Assembly (NCBI GenBank): GCA_045612665.1
Contig: JAZKZO010000052.1
Location: 9,839 to 73,838 of the forward strand
Direction: 5' to 3'
Length of the DNA stretch: 64,000 nt
DNA from: Eubacteriales bacterium
Lineage (GTDB): Bacteria > Bacillota > Clostridia > Oscillospirales > CAG-272
The notes below the pieces were generated by a model, which saw only the letters and a list, made by a program, of their open reading frames with translations, was not told where the DNA came from and ran no database searches. Both the position numbers and the translations under genes were made by a program. Shown in pieces: positions 52,887 through 61,063 of the stretch. Within the stretch, counting starts at the first letter, position 1; every line of letters begins with the position of its first letter.

Positions 52887-53198
52887 TTAAAGCTCTACCT
52901 TAATTTCAACGCCAGCTGGAAGCTCAAGACCCATAATCGCCTCAGCAACCTTCTTTGAAGGCTTAATGATTTCGATGAGTCTCTTGTGAGTACGCTGTTC
53001 GAACTGCTCACGGCTGTCCTTGTACTTGTGTACTGCACGAAGGATTGTTACGATCTCCTTCTGTGTGGGAAGTGGAATAGGTCCCGATACAGTCGCGCCA
53101 TTTCTCTTAGCTGCCTCAACAATCTTTTCAGATGCAAGGTCAACCAATGTGTGGTCATAACCCTTAACTCTTACTCTGATCTTCTCGTTTACTGCCAT
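52887..53198 (-). CDS. rpsJ: 30S ribosomal protein S10
   Basis: [19 protein letters not shown]. Confidence 0.98.
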   Translation of the reverse strand: MAVNEKIRVRVKGYDHTLVDLASEKIVEAAKRNGATVSGPIPLPTQKEIVTILRAVHKYKDSREQFEQRTHKRLIEIIKPSKKVAEAIMGLELPAGVEIKVEL

Positions 53199-53508
53199 TT
53201 TGCTTTCCTCCTTATTATATAGAATTTTGGACGGGGGCTACTTGCTTTACACCGCCCCGTGTGTTTCAATCACCCGCTTAACAAAACCGAACCCGTCAGC
53301 ATATCATAGGTTCGGACAAATGTAAGCAGGCGTCGCCTCGGTCTTTGCCAAGGGGAAGATTCCCGACATACATTCTCTGCCGTGTGAAATCCGATGAGCT
53401 CCACGAAAATTACCCGTAAATGCCTTAGCAGTGCGACCCTTACGGCAACCTCTCGCTTCTTCGCGCATCAAGCCTGTATATTTTATCATATATATATAGG
53501 AAAATCAA
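53199..53508 (-). promoter_or_regulatory. S10 operon promoter and ~275-nt structured 5' leader
   Basis: Minus TTGATT-N17-TAAAAT (53508-53480); leader contains GAAGCGAGAGGTTGCCG...TTTTCGTGGAG, reminiscent of Firmicute rpsJ leaders. Confidence 0.6.
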
Positions 53509-53847
53509 CATTTTTTTGAAATTTTTTTGAAAAACCATTTTTGTCAAATGTAGAAAAAAGTGCCGTTTTTTGTATATTATGCACAAAGAAATCGGCATAT
53601 TTCTTTAAAAACGGCGATTTTAAGGCGCAAAAAGCTTGAAAAAACCTTAAAATTTCGTATACTTGCACAAACGCCATATGAGCATTTTTGAGCAGTTTTC
53701 TTCCTTATTATTATATATAGTGCCTGTTTGCAAAAGAAAAAAGCGAGAAATTCAAAAAATCTCTCGCTTAATTTTGTTATTTTTCGTCTTTCAATTTTGG
53801 CAAATTATGTTTAATATTTGATTTTTTAGCTATAATTCTCTCCTTGT

Positions 53848-55581
53848 TTATTCCTTTGGCTCAGTTGCGTCGCCATAAGCGGTTGTTTTCGCCTCTTGCG
53901 CTGCCACCAAGTTAAGATTTACGCTATCAAAGATTACATCGCCAACGGTTGTTTTGTTAGCGTAATCGCTCTCGGACTGAACGTAAAATACGTTACCGTC
54001 GCTATCAATTATATAAAGCACGAAAATTAGCTCAAGCTTTTCCTTTGCAAGCTCGCTGAAATTGTCAATTGAATAGCTGAATTTGCTATATTCGGTAGTC
54101 GTCATTTCAACTTGAAGGCCAAGATTGCTATTAAGCTTGCCTTCAGAGTTGAGTAGTCCACTTCCTTGTTCAAAGGAGTTTGCGTTTACCGCAATTATAC
54201 CGAATCTAAGCGCATTTTGAGTAGCGTTTAGATAATTTGTATAAGCATCTGAGTCGAAGGTGAATCCACCGTTCAAGCCTGCGCCCGAAAGTGCTATGGA
54301 ATATCCGGATGCGCCAAAAATCGCTTTAGCTACCGTTTCTTCTCCGTCGACGTACGTACAGGTATTATTTGTGCATATTGAGCCACAAATTCCATCCTTA
54401 CCAAAGCCATTCGGGTATTTTATGGTATTTAAAAGCTCGTGATTTGCAAGTCCCTCGGTCAAAATCTTATTACAGGTTAGGCAAAGGTTATTTGTTATAC
54501 AAATAAAATCCTCATTTTCAATGTGATTTTCACCGTAAAACGCCTTACATTTGTTATAGCCCGTGATGATTACGGCAGTATAACCGCTTTGCGCTGTGCC
54601 GGCGTCAATTTCCTCTTGAGTTGCGAATTTTACTCTACCCGTGCTCTTCAAGGTGCTGACAAACGCGCTAGTATCCTCGCCCTCTTTTGCGATTACGTAG
54701 AAGCTTATAGGTCCTGCCGAGGATGCAAACCACGCCTGACTTTTATCACTGACAAAGCTCGCTTCTATCGGAATGTAAATTTCTCTTAAACATTGGTCGC
54801 CATCATTACCAACTATATTGTAACCCAAATCGACAGGTCCGTCACCGATTTTAAACACCTCAATTTTAGTGCCGCGAAAAGCACCGTCATCGAGTTTTAT
54901 AACCGAATTCGGGAGAGCCACAGTACCCGAAAGACCGCTCAAATAGAATGCCGCCCAACCAACCTTTTCAAATCCTTCCGGAAAATCAAAGCTAGTAAGC
55001 GCCGAACACGCCCTGAAAGTTTCTCTTCTGATTTCCTTCAGTTGCGAATTCTCTTCAAGTTCAACGGTAGTCAAGGTGCTGAGTCCGTAAAAAGCACTAT
55101 TACTTATTATCTGAACAGTGTTAGGAATCCACACATACTCAAGAGAGGAATATCCCTTTCCTGACGCAAAAGAGTTATCGGCAATGTATAGTGCGCCTTG
55201 CGGATAGTAAACCTTCTTCATGTTAGAAACATCATCCGAATATGCCAAAAGAGTTTGCGGATAAGTGCCGGTTTTCGTAAAGATTCCGGTTTTAGCATCG
55301 TAGGTGCAAATCTCGGTACGTCTACCATCAAAGATTTCCACATCAGACCAAGCAATCGTTTTAGAAGTGTCAGTATAATCCGCATAAAGTGTAACACGGT
55401 CATAACCCTGATAACCATCCCACGAATTACCCTTTTTAAGATAACCCACGGTTTGAGTTCCGTCGGTTAATGTCAGATCAATATTTATAAAATTCGACAG
55501 ACTATCAGCACTGATCGTGATTGCAAAAATGCACGATATCAAAGTGATAAAGAGTGCGAGCAACAATATTTTCCTTTTCAT
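53848..55581 (-). CDS. Secreted BspA-type leucine-rich repeat protein
   Basis: Signal peptide; IPNTVQIISNSAFY, FPEGFEKVGWAAF, LPNSVIKLDDGAF repeats. Confidence 0.85.
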   Translation of the reverse strand: MKRKILLLALFITLISCIFAITISADSLSNFINIDLTLTDGTQTVGYLKKGNSWDGYQGYDRVTLYADYTDTSKTIAWSDVEIFDGRRTEICTYDAKTGIFTKTGTYPQTLLAYSDDVSNMKKVYYPQGALYIADNSFASGKGYSSLEYVWIPNTVQIISNSAFYGLSTLTTVELEENSQLKEIRRETFRACSALTSFDFPEGFEKVGWAAFYLSGLSGTVALPNSVIKLDDGAFRGTKIEVFKIGDGPVDLGYNIVGNDGDQCLREIYIPIEASFVSDKSQAWFASSAGPISFYVIAKEGEDTSAFVSTLKSTGRVKFATQEEIDAGTAQSGYTAVIITGYNKCKAFYGENHIENEDFICITNNLCLTCNKILTEGLANHELLNTIKYPNGFGKDGICGSICTNNTCTYVDGEETVAKAIFGASGYSIALSGAGLNGGFTFDSDAYTNYLNATQNALRFGIIAVNANSFEQGSGLLNSEGKLNSNLGLQVEMTTTEYSKFSYSIDNFSELAKEKLELIFVLYIIDSDGNVFYVQSESDYANKTTVGDVIFDSVNLNLVAAQEAKTTAYGDATEPKE

Positions 55582-55758
55582 TTTTTACCTCGAACAGACA
55601 AACTAAATATACATAATTATTTTATCATAATTATATAGTATTTGTCAATTAAAAAATGAGCGTGCGCGAGCTTCGATTCGTCAAATTATTAAATGCACAT
55701 ATGTTCATATTATTTGAAATGCGCTTGGCAAAAGGGTTTTAAGGATTTTTGAAAAAGA

Positions 55759-55782
55759 AAAGCTACGCGTTTGCGTAGCTTT
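55759..55782 (-). terminator. Intrinsic terminator after araD
   Basis: AAAGCTACGC-GTTT-GCGTAGCTTT. Confidence 0.75.
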
Positions 55783-55787
55783 GTTTT

Positions 55788-56495
55788 TTATTTTTTGCCC
55801 TGTCCGTAATAAGCGTTTGGACCGTGCTTACGGTCGTAATGCTTACGAAGCAAGGTTTCCTGCATTCTCTCGGTTTTGCCGTTTGCATTAAGCATAAGCA
55901 TCTCCGTATTATATGCCATCATAGCAACCTGCTCAAGCACAACAGCAGCCTCAACTGATGCCTTTGCATTATCGCCCCAGGTAAACGGACCATGTGAATG
56001 AACGAGTGCTGCGTGCATTTGAGTTGCGCCGATATCCTTGAGTGCCTCGAGAATTACAGTTCCCGTTTCCTTTTCATACGCACCCTTAATCTCAGCATCG
56101 GTCATCTTGCGTGTGCAAGGAATGGTTGTGCCAAAATAGTCAGCGTGAGTTGTGCCGTACGGAGTGATACCTCTACCTGCCTGCGCGTAGATAACCGCCC
56201 AAGGTGAGTGAGTATGGGTTACACCACCAATTTCAGGATAAGCCTTATAAAGCTCTAGGTGAGTTGCGGTATCAGATGATGGCTTATAGTCGCCCTCGAT
56301 AACGTTTCCATCAAGGTCGAGAACAGGAAGCATACCAGGAGTTAAATCATCATACTCAACGCCCGATGGCTTTATAACGACAAGCCCCTTTTCTCTGTCA
56401 ATTCCACTAACGTTTCCCCAAGTGAATGTGATGAGGTTATATTTTACGAGCATCATATTTGCCTCGTAAACCTCTTTTTTAAGCTGCTCTAGCAT
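55788..56495 (-). CDS. araD: L-ribulose-5-phosphate 4-epimerase
   Basis: TFTWGNVS, IKPSGV, PSSDTATH, HTHS, GTTHADYF, RKHGPNAYYGQ. Confidence 0.93.
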   Translation of the reverse strand: MLEQLKKEVYEANMMLVKYNLITFTWGNVSGIDREKGLVVIKPSGVEYDDLTPGMLPVLDLDGNVIEGDYKPSSDTATHLELYKAYPEIGGVTHTHSPWAVIYAQAGRGITPYGTTHADYFGTTIPCTRKMTDAEIKGAYEKETGTVILEALKDIGATQMHAALVHSHGPFTWGDNAKASVEAAVVLEQVAMMAYNTEMLMLNANGKTERMQETLLRKHYDRKHGPNAYYGQGKK

Positions 56496-56507
56496 TTTTC
56501 TATCTCC

Positions 56508-57101
56508 TTATATCTTTGCTCTTAATTCTACGACCTTACCGATTATTGTAACAGGCAAGCTCGCAATTTCTTCGTTTGAAAAATATCTTGGCTCATAAGC
56601 CGGATTTGTCGGCATAAGTCTAATGCCCTCGGTATATCTTACAACCTTCTTCATCGTCGCCTCATCGCCAACAAGAACAACGGCAATATCACCGTTATCA
56701 ACGCTACTTTGGCAACGAATGATTACAATATCACCGTTCGAAAAGCGCGGCTCCATACTGCGACCCTTAACACGAAGTCCGATAAGCGTTGCGCCCTTGC
56801 CAAGAGATGCATCAACGTCAACGTACTCCTCGACATCCTCAATTGCATCAATAGGAATACCTGCGGCAACGTTACCGCAAACGGGGACCTTGATCATATT
56901 CGTGCTAGCCTCACCGGCAACAAGCTCCCCAACGCCAACACCAAAAAGTCTGGCAAGAGTTGCGACGGTATTCGCATCAGGCGTGCTAACTCCACGCTCA
57001 TACGCGGAATAGGTTTGTCTTCTTATGCCAAGGCAGTCGGCAACCTCGGCTTGAGTGAGCCCTGCCCCCTTACGCGCGGATATCAATCTTTGCTTTAACA
57101 T
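56508..57101 (-). CDS. CI-like repressor (XRE HTH + S24 autopeptidase)
   Basis: LTQAEVA..YSAYERG HTH, VAAG cleavage site, GRSM Ser and ATMKK Lys dyad. Confidence 0.9.
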   Translation of the reverse strand: MLKQRLISARKGAGLTQAEVADCLGIRRQTYSAYERGVSTPDANTVATLARLFGVGVGELVAGEASTNMIKVPVCGNVAAGIPIDAIEDVEEYVDVDASLGKGATLIGLRVKGRSMEPRFSNGDIVIIRCQSSVDNGDIAVVLVGDEATMKKVVRYTEGIRLMPTNPAYEPRYFSNEEIASLPVTIIGKVVELRAKI

Positions 57102-57151
57102 AACAATCTCCTAAAAATAGTTAGAATATATAATATTCATATTACAAAATC

Positions 57152-57279
57152 AGTATAGCAAATATTTTTTGCCTTGTCAAGTGATTTTTCGAAAATAATG
57201 TCATTTATTTTTCACATTTTCCTCTTGACAATGCAAATTTAATTTGCTAAAATGTTGGCGTAAGCAATTTTAATTTGCT
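57152..57279. promoter_or_regulatory. Divergent promoter pair with three operator palindromes
   Basis: Leftward TTGACA-N17-TATACT (57180-57152); rightward TTGACA-N17-TAAAAT (57225-57253); GCAA-N7-TTGC at 57158, 57233, 57264. Confidence 0.8.
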
Positions 57280-57480
57280 TTTGCTTACCTCTTAAACCGA
57301 CGCCTTCCACTCCGTGTCGGTCATTCGCCCCGTAGCAGTTTTCTGTTAAGAGCGTGCGTATCGGCTTTTAGTGCTTTGCCGTTCTCCTACGCAAAATCAG
57401 CAAATTTCTGCGCACATACGCAAAAAAGTGGCAGTATGTGTCGATAAAACGAAATTTAGATTTTTAGGAGGTATAAAATT

Positions 57481-57750
57481 ATGTGTAAAATATGCAATTC
57501 AATTTACGGTCATTTAGATAGCTGTCCCGACCATTCGCCAAGAAGCGACACCTATTGCATTTCATGCGAGTGTGAAATCGAAAATGGTGAGCCAATGGTC
57601 GTTTTTCCAAAGGGAAACGTCTTTTGCAAGGATTGCGTCAGCTGTCTTGACATGCACGATCTATGTCTTTATCTTGACGTTGACAATCCCTTTGACCTTA
57701 TCCAAGAATATGGTATTTGCGAAATCGCAAGGGCAGGTAGATATCAATGA
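57481..57750 (+). CDS. Small Cys-rich, probably zinc-binding phage-type protein
   Basis: AGGAGG RBS; CKIC-x5-H-x3-CP, CISC and CKDC motifs. Confidence 0.75.
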   Translation: MCKICNSIYGHLDSCPDHSPRSDTYCISCECEIENGEPMVVFPKGNVFCKDCVSCLDMHDLCLYLDVDNPFDLIQEYGICEIARAGRYQ

Positions 57751-58130
57751 CAATGAGCGAGTTAAAGCGCCTACACGCATTAAACAAGGAAATAGAGCTT
57801 GAAAAGGAAAGGCTTTATTCCATGCGTTGCATCTCTAACCGTGTAAACATAAACGGCGTTTCATTGCTCAAAAAAGGTGATTTTGCCGAGGACGTGTCTA
57901 TTTTAGAGGATAAAATCAAGGCACATTTAAAGGATTGTCTTGTCCTTTATCGCGAAATTATGGATTTTATAAACTCAATTCCCGACCCCCTTGTCCGCCT
58001 TATTACGTCGCTGAGATACGTAAATGGGCTCGAATGGGAGCAGGTCGCCTTGCATATCGGTGGTGGAAATACCGGGGAGAGTGTGCGTAAAACGTGCGAA
58101 AGATACTTAAAACAGCATATTAACAAATAA
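57747..58130 (+). CDS. RinA/ArpU/DUF1492-like phage late-gene regulator
   Basis: ATGA overlap with the upstream gene; coiled N-half, then LRYVNGLEWEQVALHIGGGNTGESVRK sigma-region-4-like HTH. Confidence 0.7.
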   Translation: MTMSELKRLHALNKEIELEKERLYSMRCISNRVNINGVSLLKKGDFAEDVSILEDKIKAHLKDCLVLYREIMDFINSIPDPLVRLITSLRYVNGLEWEQVALHIGGGNTGESVRKTCERYLKQHINK

Positions 58131-58218
58131 AATTTCTCTTTTACCTTGATTTTATTTAAAATATATGGTAAAATATTTTCGTATATTTATTTTTTATATT
58201 TTAAAAGGAATTTTGAAA

Positions 58219-59166
58219 ATGAGAAAAACCTGTAAGTTTCTTGAAAAGTTCATCTTGGTTATCCTAATTGAGCTTCTATTCGTTGCATTGTTCGGAGTAA
58301 TTAGCTTCTCCTTTATGCACAATGCCGAAACAAACACTCTCGCAATGCCTCACATCGTTACCATCGTGTTCATTCTTTTCATCTTGGGCACTATCGGAAC
58401 GTCCGTTTACATGGCATTCAAGGCGAAGGATATTTGCGTTGTAAGCATAAAGAAAACCGAGCCGTATCTTATGTTCGCATCAACCTTTGCTGCTCTTATG
58501 GCACTTGCAATTTTCGTTTATGAGTCAATCATAAGCGTTGCAAGGGGACAAATGAACGCGTATTTCGTGTTCAGAGCTACCAAATGGGTGCTTTCACTCG
58601 TGCTTGTTGCTTACTTTGTAATTCAAGCACTTCCAAAGAAGTTCGGAAAGCTTCGCGTTCATATTCCGTCGGCTGCTAAAATAGGTGTATCCATTTGCGC
58701 TATTTTGTGGGCGGTGTTCGGTGTTCTTACCGTATATTTCAACGCGCTCCACATGAACGACGTTTCAAAGGTATCACAGCTTCTTGTGTACGCATCAATC
58801 GCCGTATTCTTCGTTTTCGAGGGCGAATTTGACAACGTAAAGCCTGTATATAAGCCTTATATAATCAGCGCTATCACCTGCTCCGCGCTCACGTTCGGAT
58901 TCCCTCTTGGAATTTCAATTTCCAAGATTATAGGAAAGTTTTCACCGTACGGTGCATTCTCTCAGGCAGAGCTTTTGCTCTCGTTTGCAATTGGTCTTTA
59001 TGCCTTTGCAAAGATGCTCGCTATGGTTCGCACAATGAGAATCGTGGTTGACAGCAAAACAAACGACCATCACAAAAAATTCAACAAGCACAAAAAGGCA
59101 GAAGAGCCCGCTGAGGAAATCAAAGCAGAAGAGGTAGTTGAATCTGCCGAGGTTAGCGAAAAATAA
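58219..59166 (+). CDS. Multi-pass membrane protein of unknown function
   Basis: About eight hydrophobic segments and a charged tail; ATG at 58219 after AAAGGA. Confidence 0.75.
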   Translation: MRKTCKFLEKFILVILIELLFVALFGVISFSFMHNAETNTLAMPHIVTIVFILFILGTIGTSVYMAFKAKDICVVSIKKTEPYLMFASTFAALMALAIFVYESIISVARGQMNAYFVFRATKWVLSLVLVAYFVIQALPKKFGKLRVHIPSAAKIGVSICAILWAVFGVLTVYFNALHMNDVSKVSQLLVYASIAVFFVFEGEFDNVKPVYKPYIISAITCSALTFGFPLGISISKIIGKFSPYGAFSQAELLLSFAIGLYAFAKMLAMVRTMRIVVDSKTNDHHKKFNKHKKAEEPAEEIKAEEVVESAEVSEK

Positions 59167-59188
59167 GCGACCTGTGTCTATAAAATCA

Positions 59189-59215
59189 AAAACCGCACCG
59201 ATACGGTGCGGTTTT
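59189..59215. terminator. Bidirectional intrinsic terminator
   Basis: AAAACCGCACCG-ATA-CGGTGCGGTTTT. Confidence 0.85.
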
Positions 59216-59257
59216 CTTTTTCCGAAAAAGATGCTAATTTGAAAAACTCTTATTCGG

Positions 59258-61063
59258 TTATTGGTTTTCGGCGCTCGAAAGGTATTTTTTAGCCTGAAGC
59301 TCGAACATATCGGCATATTTTCCATTTGAGGCAATAAGCTCGTCATGGCTTCCGCTTTCGATAATTTTACCGTTTTCAAACATATATATCTTATCCACGT
59401 GTCTTGTCGTGGAAAGCCTGTGAGTTATAAAGACAACGGTCTTGCCCCTCGCGTTTTTATCTATGCCGACGTTAAGATTATACTCGGCAATAGGGTCAAG
59501 GGCGCTCGACGGCTCGTCCATTATGATAAGCTCGTTATTGTGGGCGAAAACTCGCGCTATGGCAATTTTTTGGTTTTCACCGCCACTAAGCTCCGTTCCG
59601 TCATTATAAAACTCGCGTGTAAGTTCGGTGTTTAGTCCGTTCGGCAAGCTATTAAGCTTATCGCCAAAGGTACTGTCCTCGAGCGCACTAAGAACTGTTT
59701 GCTCCTTATCCGGTGTATACTTGTCAGCCAAAACATTTTCGGCAACGCTTGCGGCAAACACCTTATAATCTTGAAATACAGCACCGATTTTCTCACGAAG
59801 CATATCGAGTCGGTATTCCTTAATATTCACACCGTTGACGAGAATTTCGCCGCTTGTAACGTCATACAGGCGCATCATAAGCTTTGTAACGGTCGTTTTA
59901 CCCGCACCGTTATAGCCTACAAACGCAATTCTGTCGCCCTGTTCAACCTTGAAGCTTACACCGTCAAGAGCCTTCTTTCCATCTCCGTACTCAAACGAAA
60001 CATCCTTAAATTCGATGCTTTCAAAGGTATCGAGCTCTCTGTCGCCCGACATGATTTCGCTCTCAAGAGAGAGGAATTTTCTTACCTTGTCGGCAAAAAG
60101 CGAGGTTTGATTGATATCCGAAAGTCGCCACTGAAGCTCGGAAAACATCCCCCTTACCTTATTGGCTGCGGTGATGGCTATGGCGAAGCCACCAACGAGA
60201 ATCGTCTTTGTTTCCATCAAATGGTATGCCATATAAAGGATTACGAACAAATCCTCAGCTATATGAATAAGCGAGAACATGATTTGCGTAAACAAAAGCT
60301 CCTTTTGGCGCTTTACCGTGATTTTTCTTTCCTCGTCCTTGTTTTTCTCAAACTCGCCCTTCATATTTTGTGATATCTTGGTAAGACGAATTTCCTTTGC
60401 ATAATCGGCAAGGGAGAAAAATCTTTGGAAATACCAATCCTTTCGCCAAATAACATTAGAAATAAGCTCGTACTTATAATAGATGTTATTTTGAATAATG
60501 TTCATAATCATTGTGATTATGGAAAATCCGAGAATAACAACGGAAATTATCGGATCAACGCTTAACACAACACCGAACACCGAAACGGATGCAACGAGGC
60601 ATCTTATAATATCGGAGAAGGTGTCAAGAGTTCTCAAAATACTCTTGTCGCTGTTTTGCATAGAGTAAATAAAGTCGTTGTAAAATTCGGGGGTGTCGTA
60701 TCTTGCAAGGTCGATTTCGTTTGCCTTTATAAAGAAGCGCTTATGTAGCTTTCTTATAAAATCAAGCTTTCTCATCGGATAGTAAATCTTCCAATGCCAC
60801 GAATAAAAGAGCTGATATGCGAGCATATATGATGCCATAATGACGGTTTTCCAAAGAATTGTTTCAAAGGTATCGCCCTTGTCAAGGGAGTTCAAAATCT
60901 CGCTAATAAGATACACTGTAACACCGTGATTAAGACCTGTTATTACGCCCATAATTATGCGCATAATGCAAAGCCCCGGTGAGCTTTTGAATACAGTTTT
61001 TATAATGAAGGAGTTATTCTTCACGGACTGCGAGAATTTAACCTTTTCTCTTTTATTACTCAT
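59258..61063 (-). CDS. ABC exporter half-transporter (TMD + NBD)
   Basis: GYNGAGKT, LSGGENQK, IMDEPSSALD, THRLS; ATG at 61063 after GGAGG. Confidence 0.92.
   Translation of the reverse strand: MSNKREKVKFSQSVKNNSFIIKTVFKSSPGLCIMRIIMGVITGLNHGVTVYLISEILNSLDKGDTFETILWKTVIMASYMLAYQLFYSWHWKIYYPMRKLDFIRKLHKRFFIKANEIDLARYDTPEFYNDFIYSMQNSDKSILRTLDTFSDIIRCLVASVSVFGVVLSVDPIISVVILGFSIITMIMNIIQNNIYYKYELISNVIWRKDWYFQRFFSLADYAKEIRLTKISQNMKGEFEKNKDEERKITVKRQKELLFTQIMFSLIHIAEDLFVILYMAYHLMETKTILVGGFAIAITAANKVRGMFSELQWRLSDINQTSLFADKVRKFLSLESEIMSGDRELDTFESIEFKDVSFEYGDGKKALDGVSFKVEQGDRIAFVGYNGAGKTTVTKLMMRLYDVTSGEILVNGVNIKEYRLDMLREKIGAVFQDYKVFAASVAENVLADKYTPDKEQTVLSALEDSTFGDKLNSLPNGLNTELTREFYNDGTELSGGENQKIAIARVFAHNNELIIMDEPSSALDPIAEYNLNVGIDKNARGKTVVFITHRLSTTRHVDKIYMFENGKIIESGSHDELIASNGKYADMFELQAKKYLSSAENQ

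Noticed and set aside
37906-53222. Long plus-strand ORFs opposite ribosomal protein genes (e.g. 50464-51105, 48907-49503)
   Set aside because: Antisense shadows expected from strong codon bias in highly expressed genes.
56508-57101. Host LexA
   Set aside because: The N-domain is an XRE HTH, not a LexA winged helix, and the operators are not GAAC-N4-GTTC boxes.
56508-58130. Intact prophage
   Set aside because: No integrase, att repeats, replication, structural or lysis genes are visible.
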